From Anolis carolinensis (Eukaryota), in NCBI RefSeq assembly GCF_035594765.1, contig NC_085846.1, forward strand, positions 12,759,190-12,823,189: DNA of 64,000 nt, given 5' to 3'. The position numbers were made by a program, and so were the translations under genes. The notes below the pieces were generated by a model that did no database searches, was not told the DNA's origin, and was given only the letters and a program-made list of their open reading frames with translations. Every line of letters starts with the position of its first letter. Within the stretch, counting starts at the first letter, position 1. This document shows, one piece after another, positions 46,160 through 56,920 of this stretch.

Positions 46160-46333
46160 TTTGATACACAGCAAGCTTAGTACACAGCAAACAAGATCAC
46201 TATGCTGGCTGTTGTATTGGATCACACATCAGACACTTCCCAAGTGTCTAGGACTATGTGATGTGTCGGCAAGTAATTCGTGCAGACCTAAGTAGGGTGG
46301 CCTTTTGCAGCTGACAAGATGGTAATTTTGTCA
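46160..46333 (-). mobile_element. Second Dong/R4 3' fragment, inverted
   Basis: Reverse complement of about 45690-45840; flanked by (TTA)n. Confidence 0.75.
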
Positions 46334-46979
46334 TCATTATTATTACTATTATTGGTCAGTCTAACAATGTAAAACGACCAGTTTGAATTCACTTTGCCAG
46401 GGCTCAATGGTATGGAATCCTGGGAGTTGTAGTTTTCCAAGGGCATTCTCCTTCTCTGCCTGGGCCTCGTTGGAACTACAAATCCCAGGACTGCATGGTA
46501 CTAAACCATGGCAGTTAGTGGTGCCAAAGTGCATTAATTCTATACAGACGCATCCTAAAACTCACAACTTAACTCTACCACCCTTTTGAAAACATATAAT
46601 AAAATAGAAAACACCAAAGCATTAAAATGCAACTTAATTTTCTTTTTCTAAACTTTCAAAGTTAGCTTTTTTTTGGAGACGAACCCCATAAGGATTCCCT
46701 AAACCTGGTTCAAAAGCCAAAACCAAGCCTCTCCTCCTATTTTCTTTTCAAACCGAGTAACTTCTGGTGCCACATGATCTCCATCCTCCCTTCAATTTGT
46801 GGCCTTAAGCCCCACTTCCAAGACTCCTCTGCCATCTTCTCCATCTCTTCCTCCAAAAAAAAACACTCCACTCTCTTATCAGTTCTTGAAATCTCACCTT
46901 TTTTGCCCACTCCCTTGGGCTTCTTATCACTAAGCAAGCACCCGTTCTCGAGTCAGTTAAACTCAGTTTTGAAAAACAG

Positions 46980-47480
46980 CCCCCTCCTCCTCTTTCCCCC
47001 CTCCCTCCAACTCACCAATTAGCTCCCTCTTCCTCCTCCCTCCTTGCCCTTCTCTGACTAACACCTCGACGCTATCCGATTCCTTTCGTGATCCACACCA
47101 GCCAATGGCGGTGCGGCTTGTTTTCCCTCCCAGCCAATCAGCGCGCGGGCTCTATTTCGAGGTCGCGTGGCCAAAACCGCCGCCATCACGATGAAGGGCA
47201 AAGGCGGCTCGCGGGCTTGTTTAGCGTTGGAAGAAAAGCATCTTGCGGCCGCCTTCTTTATTAAGGGCGAAGGTGCCGGTGAAGTTGGGAAAGCTGCCAT
47301 CTTGGCTCAGGGCAAAGCTGAAAGAAAAAAAGGCGGGGTGAGTGAGAAAAAGAGAAGAAAACAAGGAAGGCGTCGAGGGCGGTAGCCATTTTGAGTGAGG
47401 GCAGATATTTGGTGGCGCCGTTTAGAAGGCCGCCATTTGAGGCGAGGATCAGAGGAGGGGGATTTAAAGGGGCAGGCTTT
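46980..47480 (-). promoter_or_regulatory. PRR14 CpG-island promoter and non-coding exon 1
   Basis: CCAAT boxes near 47102 and 47134, YY1-type motifs oriented on the minus strand, and donor TTG|GTGAGT with the exon ending at 47016. Confidence 0.7.
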
Positions 47481-48119
47481 TAAATATGATGGAAGAAGGC
47501 TGACAATGCAGTTTGATTCTTTATTTTAGGCCCCTTCTACACTTCCATATAAAATATAGATTATTTGCTTTGGACTGGATTATATGGCAGTGTAGACTCA
47601 TATAATCCAATTCAAAGCAGATAATATGGATTATCTGCTTTGATAACCTGGATTATATAGCAGCAGACAAAGATTCAAGTAGACTTCGCTAAAATGACAT
47701 GGTACATTTCTTGTCAGGTTAAACTTTTAAACATTTAAGCTTATATGGTAGACCCCTCTCACTGACATACTGATTCCTTGCACTTTAGCTTCTCCCCTAT
47801 CTTTCCTAATCCAAATTAACTCAAGAAACTTTCTCACACTTGTCAATGCACTTTATTAAAGATCCTGAAACAAACAATGCACTTTTTGACCTGATGGCCC
47901 CCATTTTATCTATTGATGGTGATGTTTGTTTTATTATCTTCCCTACTTGGTTTTTTTGTATTCTGTATTTTGTGCTTTTAACTTGTTTACTGTATTGGAA
48001 TATTATGTTTGATATTGGTTTTATTTGTCGTTTTGTTTCTGTTTGGGCTTGGCCCCATGTTAGCCTCCCCAAGTTCCTTCAGGGAGACGGTGGCGGGATA
48101 GAAAAATAAATTATTATTA

Positions 48120-48442
48120 CAGTAGAGTCTCACTTATCCAACACTCGCTTATCCAACGTTCTGGATTATCCAACGCATTTTTGTAGTCAATGTTCTCAAA
48201 ACATCATGATATTTTGGTGCTAAATTCATAAATACAGTAATTACTACATAGCATTACTGTGTATTGAACTACTTTTTCTGTCAAATTTGTTGTATAACAT
48301 GATGTTTTGGTGCTTAATTTGTAAAATCATAACCTAATTTGATATTTAATAGGCTTTTCCTTAATCTCTCCTTATTATCCAACATATTCGCTAATCCAAC
48401 GTTCTGCTGGCCCGTTTACGTTGGATAAGCGAGACTCTACTG
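48120..48442. mobile_element. Tc1/mariner MITE, family A, reverse orientation
   Basis: TIRs and TA target duplication, inserted in a (TTA)n tail. Confidence 0.85.
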
Positions 48443-48769
48443 TATTATTATTATTATATCTTTAACTTATAGTCTTTAACAGTCTCTTCAAAACTATTTC
48501 ATAACAGCTCTCTTTCATAACAGTCTACTTCCAAGGGACTCAAGCGCCCTCAACGGTCTTCTAACTCCTAACACTGACTTCCAGTTTCATGATGTAATTG
48601 TCTTTCTTTTTTATTTGTGTCAGAAGCGGCTTGCAGTAATTGTCTGCTGCACACCATGTATGTTTTAGGAAGCATCTACACTGTAGAATTAATGCGGTTT
48701 AGCATCACTTTAACTGCTACACAGCTCTGCAAGTGCAGCATTTTCCCTATGAAGCAGAGTGTGCAGCAT

Positions 48770-49505
48770 TTTCCAGAATGAAGCAATGAGTGTGTGAGGA
48801 TGGGGACATCCATAGTGATACCAAGGTGCTTGTTTATAAAGCTATTGTCCTCCCAACTCTGTTATATGCCTGCCAAATGTGGACTATCTAGAGACTTCAC
48901 ACTCAACTCCTGGAACAATGCCATCAGCGCCTCCGAAAAATCCTGCAAATCTCTTGGAAAGACAGGCAGACAAATGTCAATTTGCTGGAAGAAGCAAAGA
49001 CCTCCAGCACTGAAGTGATGGTCCTATGCCATCAACTCTGCTGGACTGGCCACATTGTCCAAATGTCCGATCAACCGTCTCCCGAAGCAGTTACTTTACT
49101 CTACTCCCAACTCAAGAACAGGAAACGGAATGTTGATGGAAAGGAAAAGAGATTTAAAGATGGGCTCAAAACTAACCTTAAAAACTGTGGCATAGACACC
49201 AAGAACTGGGAAGCCCTGGCCCTTGAGCGCTCTAACTGGAGGTCAGCTGTGACCAGCAGTGGTGTAAAATTTGAAGAGGCACGAATGGAGGGAGAAAGGG
49301 AGAAACGTAGGAACGCCAAGAGGAAGGCGCATCAAGCCAACCCTGATTGGGACCGCCTTCTGTCTGGAAAGCAATGTCCTCACTGTGGAAGAAGATGTGG
49401 ATCAAGAATTAAGAATAAGGCTCCACAGTCACCTACGTATCTATCACCAAGACACTGCACTTGGAAGACCATCATATTCGGACAAGGAGGGATCGCCTAA
49501 GAGAA
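48770..49505 (+). mobile_element. RTE-clade LINE 3' fragment, degenerate
   Basis: Peptides QLCWTGHIVQM, LLYSQLKNRKR, KRFKDGLK, WEALALERSNWR and a terminal CPHCGRRC finger; frameshifted. Confidence 0.8.
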
Positions 49506-50002
49506 GAAGACCACTGGTTCACCTAATCCAAGACCTGTCAAGGAAACAACAGAACGGGAGCAAAGAAAAGAAGCTGTCATTGGACTTTATATGAACAAGT
49601 GAAAGTTCAATCAGTGAAAAAATCACAAACTTCTTTGCCAGGATATGTATTTCCTATGAATAAGAAGAGGCACCTAAGATTTCAACCCAAATGGTTCAGC
49701 AGATTTCCCTGGTTGGCATACTCATTCCATGTATAAGGTGCGCTCTGTAAGTACGGTGTGGTGTTTGGAGAAGAAGTTGACGGTAAAGGTGTTCATCAGA
49801 AGCTTGGCGCATTGGTTGCTGAACCATTTGTGCGATGGAAAGATGCAATAGAAGTCTTCAATAAACACCAAAAAACAGAGTACCACCAGAACAACTTGCC
49901 ATTAATGCTAATCAAGGTGATTAATTACAACATTCACACTGGTCTCCAACAGACGAGTTCTTTCTCCCACCCTGGACCTTCCACATAAACCTTCCTTGCT
50001 TA

Positions 50003-50291
50003 GGTAAAGGTTTCCCCTGACGTTAAGTCCAGTCATGACCGACTCTGGGTCCATTTCTAAGCCGAAGAGCCGGCGTTGTCATATGGTCGGCATGACTGCA
50101 TGGAGCGCCATTACCTTCCCGCCGCAGCGGTACCTATTTATCTACTCACATTTGCATGTTTTCGAACTGCTAGGTTGGCAGGAGCTGGGGCTAACAGCAG
50201 GCGTTCATTCCACTCCTGGGATTTGAACCTGGCACCTTTTGGTCAAAAGTTTAGCAGCTCAGTGCTTTAACACACTGTGCCACCAGGGGCC
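50003..50291 (-). mobile_element. Sauria SINE
   Basis: Reverse of 31019-31313; TSD ccttgctta. Confidence 0.85.
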
Positions 50292-50314
50292 CCTTGCTTA
50301 GCTTTTCCAATATA

Positions 50315-50636
50315 CAGTAGAATCTCACTTATCCAACATAAACGGGCCGGCAGAACGTTGGATAAGTGAATATGTTGGATAATAAGGAGGGATTAAGGAA
50401 ATGCCTATTAAACATCAAATTAGGTTATGATTTTACAAATTATGCATCAAAACATCATGTTATACAACACATTTGACAGAAAAAGTAGTTCAATACTCAG
50501 TAATGCTATGTAGCAATTACTGTATTTACGAAGTTAGCACCAAAATATCACGATGTATTGAAAACATTACTACAAAAATGCGTTGGATAGTCCAGAACGT
50601 TTGATAAGCGAGTGTTGGATAAGTGAGACTCTACTA
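50315..50636. mobile_element. Tc1/mariner MITE, family A
   Basis: TIR and body match 615-916. Confidence 0.85.
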
Positions 50637-51061
50637 TACCTCACAACCTCTGAGGATGCCTGCCATAGATGTGGGAGAAACATCAGGAGAGAATGCTTCT
50701 GGAACATGACTGTACAGCCCAGAAAATTCACAACAACCCCTGAACAAGTTGTGCATGGCTGAAAACTTACCGCTAATTCACAGTGGAAAACGTCTTGATG
50801 GTAAAGGAAATAGGAAGAAAACAGAAAAACTTTTGCCAATTGTGGAAACTATTGTCCTTTGTGGGCGACAAAAACTGGCTTGAAGAGGGAGCAATGATTC
50901 AGGATCTATTACCTGTGAGGAACCTTTCCAAAATGATGGTCATTTCGGGGCCTTGTTGAGATCTCGTGCCAAATCAGGAGACACTAGCCTGAAGAGTCAA
51001 GCTACATACCTGACCAACACTATCACTATGGCATCCTGGGAGCTGTAGATTGCATCTACAC

Positions 51062-51255
51062 CAGGCATGGGCCAACTTGAGCCCTCTAGATGTTTTGGAC
51101 TTCAACTCCCACCATGCCTAACAGCCTCAGGCCCCTTCCTTTTCCCCCTCAGCCGCTTAAGCGGCTGAGGGGGAAAAGGAAAGGGCCTGAGGCTGTTAGG
51201 CATGGTGGGAGTTGAAGTCCAAAACACCTAGAGGGCCCAAGTTGGCCCATGCCTG
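51062..51255. mobile_element. Fold-back hAT-like MITE forming a 194-bp palindrome (shorter relatives 45921-46045, 60267-60390)
   Basis: CAGGCATGGGCCAACTT termini; centre ccgctt|aagcgg. Confidence 0.8.
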
Positions 51256-51279
51256 AGAGACAGCAGTTGATGGGAAAGG

Positions 51280-51299
51280 ACTACATTTCCCAGGGTGCA
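51280..51299 (+). promoter_or_regulatory. ZNF143/THAP11 composite motif in the zinc-finger gene promoter
   Basis: ACTACATTTCCCAGGGTGCA fits ACTACAnnTCCCAnnnTGC, at the 5' edge of a small CpG island (51300-51560). Confidence 0.7.
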
Positions 51300-51427
51300 G
51301 CGCGGCGCCAGCTCTCTCTCTTTCCCGTGTTGCCCCGCGCGGCGTGTGTCTGTTGGATGGCGAAGGGAACTCCGTTGGAGGCGAGTCCCGCGCTTGGAGC
51401 CTCTCGCTCGCCTCCTTCTCCTCCGCC

Positions 51428-52284
51428 ATGGCTGCCTCTCTCTCCCCGCTGAGGTTCGGGGCTCCGGCCGAGAGCTCCGTCTGCCTCCTGCTTCCCCTCG
51501 TGATCCCCGCCGGAAGGTCCCTGGTCCTGTCGCGAGGTGAGCGCTTCCAGTTGCGCGTCTGCACTGCAGTGTGGCACCGCTTTAACTGCCAGGGCTCCAA
51601 GTCAGTGAGCGGGATTTGAAGTTTGCCTTATGTCTTTGGGACCTTGGGAAACCACAACTCCCAGTCGCCTTGAACTCTGTCATTTAAAGCGGTACCCAAC
51701 TGCATTAATTATATAGTGTGGATGCGAATTCAGTTCATGATTGCCTTCCGCTTTATAATTAGAACTAACTGTTGATATAGTATAATATACTGGTAGTGCA
51801 TTATATATATACTAGCTGTGCCCGGCCACGCGTTGCTGTGGCAAAGTGGTGGTGGTATTGGTTAAAAATTGTTGTGTAATGTTTATTTGACATTATTTGT
51901 ATTTTTTAATTAATTTTATTGTAAGTTATCTTTTTATTTATTATATTTTATTATTTTCTTGTATTATTTTTAGTTATTTTCTGTTATTATAGTATTTTAT
52001 TGTATTAATTTTTTAGTGTTTTTAATTATTTTTAGTGTTTTTAATTATTTTTTATTGGGTTGCTAGGGGAGGAGCTTAGCCTTCTAACTGACAGCAATTG
52101 GATAAAAGCAATTATTCCTCTCTCTCTAATTAGGACTTTATTTTTCTTTTCTTTTTGTTGTATCAACCTAGAGCCGTGGATGATGGGTTGTGTCGTCAAA
52201 TTTCGAGGTTGGGGGCCTGTAGTTTTGTTGTTTTGTGGGTCGCCGTGATGCCATCACTCTTTTATATATATAGATTGTGGCATA

Positions 52285-52330
<46 letters not shown>

Positions 52331-52645
52331 GTAGAGTCTCACTTATCCAAGCTAAACGGGCCGGCAGAACCTTGGATAAGCGAATATCTTGGATAACAAG
52401 GAAGGATTAAGGAAAAGCCTATTACCCATCAAATTAGGTTATGATTTTACAAATTAAGCACCAAAACTTCATGTTTAACAACAAATTTGACAGAAAAAGT
52501 AGTTCAATATGCAGTAATTACTGTATTTACGAATTTAGCACCGAAATATCATGATGTATTGAAAACATTGACTACAAAAATGCGTTGGATAATCCAAAAC
52601 GTTGGATAAGCGAGTGTTGGATAAGTGAGACTCTACTGTAGTACA

Positions 52646-52690
<45 letters not shown>

Positions 52691-55600
52691 AGTAGAGTCT
52701 CACTTATCCAAGACTCACTTATCCAAGGTTCTGGATTATCCAAGGCTTTTTTGTAGTCGATGTTTTCAATATATCGTGATATTTTGGTGCTAAATTTGTA
52801 AATACGGTAATTACAACATAACATTACTGCATATTGAACTACTTTTTCTGTCAAATTTGTTGTATAACATGATGTTTTGGTGCTTAATTTGTAAAATCAT
52901 AACCTAATTTGATGTATACAACAAATTTGACAGAAAAAGTAGTCCTCCTTATTAGTAGAATCCCTCCTTATTATCCAAGATAATAATTTATCCAAGGTTC
53001 TGCTGGCCTGTTTAGATTGGATAAGTGAGACTCTACTGTAATTGTAAATTATAGGTTGCTGTGAGTTTTCCGGGCAGTATAGCCATGTTCCAGAAACCTT
53101 ATATTAAATATACAATAATAAAACAGTATATCATTATGTTATCAGTAGTAATTATATTTAAAATATTATAATATTATTATAGATTATTATGTTATACGTA
53201 TTAGTATTAGTATTATATTGTATTACATTATAATAATATTACCAATATTATATGTATATACAATGTGTTGTTGACGGCTTTCATGGCCGGAATCACTGGG
53301 TTGCTGTGAGTTTTCCGGACTGTATGGCCATGTTACAGAAGCATTTGCTCCTGAAGGCAATTTAATGCTAATCAAGCTGGCTAATTGCAACATTCACACT
53401 TGCCTCAAACAAACAAGAGTTCTTTCTCCCACCCTGGACCTTATTCCACAGATATATAAACCCCACTTGCCTGGTTTCCAGCAGATCTCACAGCTTCTGA
53501 GGATGCCTGCCCATAGTTTTAGGCAAAACGTCAGGAGAGAATGCTTCTGGAACATGGGCAGACAGCCCGGAAAACTCGCAGCAACCTAGTGATTCCAGCC
53601 ATGAAAGCCTTCAACAACATATGGTATATACATATAATATTGACAATAATATTAGAATGTAATACAATAAAATACTAATAATACAATATAATAATATGGA
53701 ATAATTATAATGTAATATAGTAATACTATTATATTAAATATAATTACTACTGATAATATATAATGATATACTGTTTTATTATTGTATATTTGTATCTTTT
53801 AAGTTGTAATGTTTTTAATTTTGAGCCACTTTGATTCTCTGCATGGAGAGATAAAGTGGGATATAAATAAATAAACTCTCGGGAACCCAGCCATCAACCT
53901 ATTTATTTATTTATGACATTTGTGCCCTGCCTTTCCCCAATCAAGGGCCCAAGGCAGCTTACAGCCAATAAAAACATACAATATAAAAGTGAAGAACAAG
54001 TTAAAATCATAAATATTAGAAAATGTTGTAAAACCCTTATTAAAACCCTAACAATACTGAGATAAATGGATTATGGCCTGTTAGGATCACAACCCATTAG
54101 GGAGATTAGATTATGACCAATTAGGATCACAGCCTAATGGGGAACAGAGTTTCAGGAGTGTTCCTTCAGTTTCTTTTGTAATGGATAGATTCTTTTGTAA
54201 TGGGTGGTAGATATTTTGTTTCTATTTGATGCTTTCAGCAGACAAAGATTCAAGCAGACTTCTTTTTAAAGTAACATATTTGTTTAGTCATAGCTTCATG
54301 TATTTAAAGATACAGGCCCATTTGTCAGGTTAAACTTTAACAATGCTTCAGTTTGTATCTTTAACTTACAATCTTTAAAGGTCTCTTCAAAACTATATTG
54401 CTTTGTACAGCTCTCTTTAATAACAGTCTACTTTAAAAGGAACACAAGCCTCAACAGTTTTCTAACTTCTAACACTGGCTTGTGCACTCTAACAGACTCA
54501 GGCCTCAACTGACTTCTAACTGTCATCCTTTTAAAACTGAACATTCTAAACTGGCACTGAACCAATCACATGGTCTGCTTTAAGCATATAGAGATAAGGA
54601 GACTGCAAACCAAAATAAGACATACATGTCAGGAAATAAGCCGATACAGTACAAAACAGACAAACATCAAATAGAGGGGGCTTGAGAATGTTGCTGTTTC
54701 CAACAAATGAGATAAATAAAACCACCCTGATAACACCTAACAAAGTCAAATGGCCTTCTTAATCATAGGATATCATTGTCATTCCTTCTACAGCCCCGCC
54801 CAAAAGGCTCTTCCTGAAAGCCAACAGAGAGGGTGCAGATCTCATCTCCTGTGGGAGGGCATTCCAAAAAGAGGGCACCACTCCCGAGAAGTCTTTAGTC
54901 TAGCAGTCTTTAGATGAAGAGTGTCCTGAATACTTGACACCAACAATTTCTCACTAGGAACCTAATCTCATTGGATGTTATAGAATAACAGGAAGTGCAT
55001 CTACTTTGAAGAAATAACAACAATAATAATCAGAATCAATGTATCTGTAACAGTCTTCTTGCTATAGGTACCTTTGCTGCACGCTTGGAGTGACTTCGGG
55101 TTCATCTACACTGAAGAATTGATGCAGTTCGACACCACTTTATTTGCCACAGTTCAGTGCTGTAGAATCATTGCAATTGTAGTTTTACAAGTTCTTCAGG
55201 TGCATCTACACTGAAGAATTGGTACAGTTTGACATAACTTAAACTTCCATGGTTCAATCATGGGAGTTGTAGTTTAACACATTCTTTAGCTCTTTTGCCA
55301 AAAAGTGCTGGTACCTGGCCAAACTACAATCCTAAAATTTCATAGCATTAAGTAGTAGCAGTCAAAGTACTGTTGAATTACATTAATTCTACAGTATAGA
55401 TGCACCCTTTAACCGCTGTGTCTCATTGCTGTGGATTTATGGGATTTGTAGTTTGATGAGGCATCAGCACTCTTTGGCAGAGAAGACTAAAAACCTTGTT
55501 AAACTACAGCTCCCATGATCCCAAACCATTGAGCCATGGAAGTTAAAGTGATATCAGAGTGCATTAATTCTACAGTGTATGTGCACCTGAATTCAGCCCA

Positions 55601-56920
55601 GTGTGCAGCAAGGGATCCTATAGCAAGAAGACAGATTCCATATGGGGTGTGTGCCCCTTTTCTAAGACACCTTCTGTGTTTGCGGGAATGAGGATGGGGT
55701 TTCTTCTCAGCTACCCAAATAGCTTGGTTTGCTGACCAAAAACCTGTTTACTGTTGTTTCTAACAGATGGGACAAAAACTGCCTGGATTCTGTCTCTATC
55801 AGAAGAAAATAAGAGCAAAGGGGAAAATCCAGAAGGTGGTTCAGAACTGCGTAAGACATCCTCATGCAGCCCCCAAGAGGGTGGCCTTGAGGGAACCCAA
55901 CAGGGAGACTCCGTAAAAGAGCAAGTGGCCTTTTGTAAAGGGAACTCTAAGGATCCCCAAAGGAGCATCAAACCCAAATCCTACAAATGCTCCGACTGTG
56001 GGAAAGTTTACCGAAGGAACACCGATCTCGGGAGGCATCAACGGACTCACACCGGAGAAAGGCCTTACCCGTGCCTGGATTGTGGGAAGAGCTTCAGTCG
56101 GAGTTCGATCCTCATTGAACATCAGAGGATCCATACCGGTGAAAAGCCATACATTTGCAGCCATTGCGGGCAAGGGTTCAGCCAGAGCTCCAACCGTAAA
56201 CAACATGAGAAGATACATGGGAAGGATAAAATGGGCAATCCAACACATTGGGTACAAGGAACACAGACAAGCCAGCATGAGAAGATCCAGGTCCAGGAGA
56301 AGGTGGACAAGCCAACACACTGGGAACAGAAAACACGGACAAGCTGGCAAGAGAAGATGAAGGGCAAGGAGAAGCTGGGCAAGCCAACCCAGTGGGGGCA
56401 AAGTCAGCAGAGGACAGAGGACAAGAACCTTGGCCCTAAAAGCAAGATGAGAACAGAGGAGGGATTGGGGCATAAAGTAGGTTCTGGAAAGGTTTCTCCA
56501 TCTCCTAAGAAAAGCCCTTTGTGGAGCTCAAAGGTGGTCCTGAAGCACCAGAGAAGCTTCCTCCTTGAAAAACCCTACAGGTGCCCTCAGTGCGGAAAGT
56601 GCTTTGCCCGTAGCACGGATTTCATCCGGCACCATATCACCCACACAGGAGAGAAGCCCTACACTTGTATAGAATGCGGCAAGAGTTTTACCCGCAGCTC
56701 CGTCCTCAACGAACACCAGAGGATCCACACAGGAGAGAGGCCCTACAAGTGTCGGGTCTGTGGGAAGGGCTTCAGCCAGAACTCCAACCGGAAGCAACAC
56801 GAAGCAATCCACCAAGTGAAGAAATCAGCTGAGCCTTTCCTAAATGGACAAGAAAATTTGAACTGGGGTGCAGGACTGGTGCAGCAACAGAGAGCCAATC
56901 CAAAGAGGGGAAAGACCTGA
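51428..56920 (+). CDS. C2H2 zinc-finger protein, 6 fingers (3+3), no KRAB or SCAN detected, about 420 aa
   Basis: Exon 1 at 51428-51536 (GCCATGG start, donor GAG|GTGAGC, phase 1) splices in frame to 55767-56920 (ttgtttctaacag|AT). Six CxxC...HxxxH fingers with TGE(K/R)PY linkers. The exon 1 linkage is inferred; the finger exon is certain. Confidence 0.85.
51810..52275 (+). mobile_element. Helentron/DINE-like non-autonomous element
   Basis: 5' actagctgtgcccgg followed by hairpin gccac-gcgttgct-gtggc, an AT-rich interior, and 3' ttttatatatatagat. Confidence 0.65.
52330..52638. mobile_element. Tc1/mariner MITE, family A
   Basis: TIRs; lies within (TAA)n. Confidence 0.85.
52690..53038. mobile_element. 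Tc1/mariner MITE, family A, inverted relative to 52330-52638
   Basis: TIRs, TA target duplication, reverse body. Confidence 0.85.
53263..53620. mobile_element. Penelope-like inverted terminal repeats
   Basis: Minus piece 53263-53354 abuts plus piece 53355-53620; degenerate hammerhead at 53494-53535. Confidence 0.7.
54079..54742. mobile_element. Possible solo LTR (partial second copy at 47662-47740 plus 48458-48580)
   Basis: TGTTAGG...CCTAACA ends, a CCAAT box, and internal sequence repeated elsewhere in the window. No matching TSD seen. Confidence 0.35.
55099..55587. mobile_element. Cluster of GGTGCATCTACAC-type MITEs (abundant family; also about 26440, 29845, 41755, 43848, 45087, 46380, 62875, 63773)
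   Basis: TIR ggtgcatctacactg..gaattaatgcag / ctgcattaattctacagtgtagatgcacc. Confidence 0.65.

Larger units (their letters stand above)
49890..50740 (+). mobile_element. Penelope-like terminal repeat, interrupted
   Basis: Same sequence as 2150-2550; carries a mutated hammerhead at 50647-50687. Confidence 0.7.
49560..51000 (+). pseudogene. Decayed hAT (Tip100/ZMYM1/THAP12-like) transposase with nested insertions
   Basis: RFQPKWFSRFPWLAYS..*GALCKY...RWKDAIEVFNKHQKTEYH (TTF-type zinc finger), then IVETIVLCGRQKLA*RG...NDGHFGALL (DUF4371-like). In-frame stops present. Confidence 0.75.

Noticed and set aside
50647-50687. Second active hammerhead ribozyme
   Set aside because: The stem II closing pair and the stem III palindrome are mutated; copies at 2436 and 53494 also lack an intact core.
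55862-56473. 203-aa antisense ORF over the zinc-finger exon
   Set aside because: Typical shadow frame of C2H2 coding sequence.
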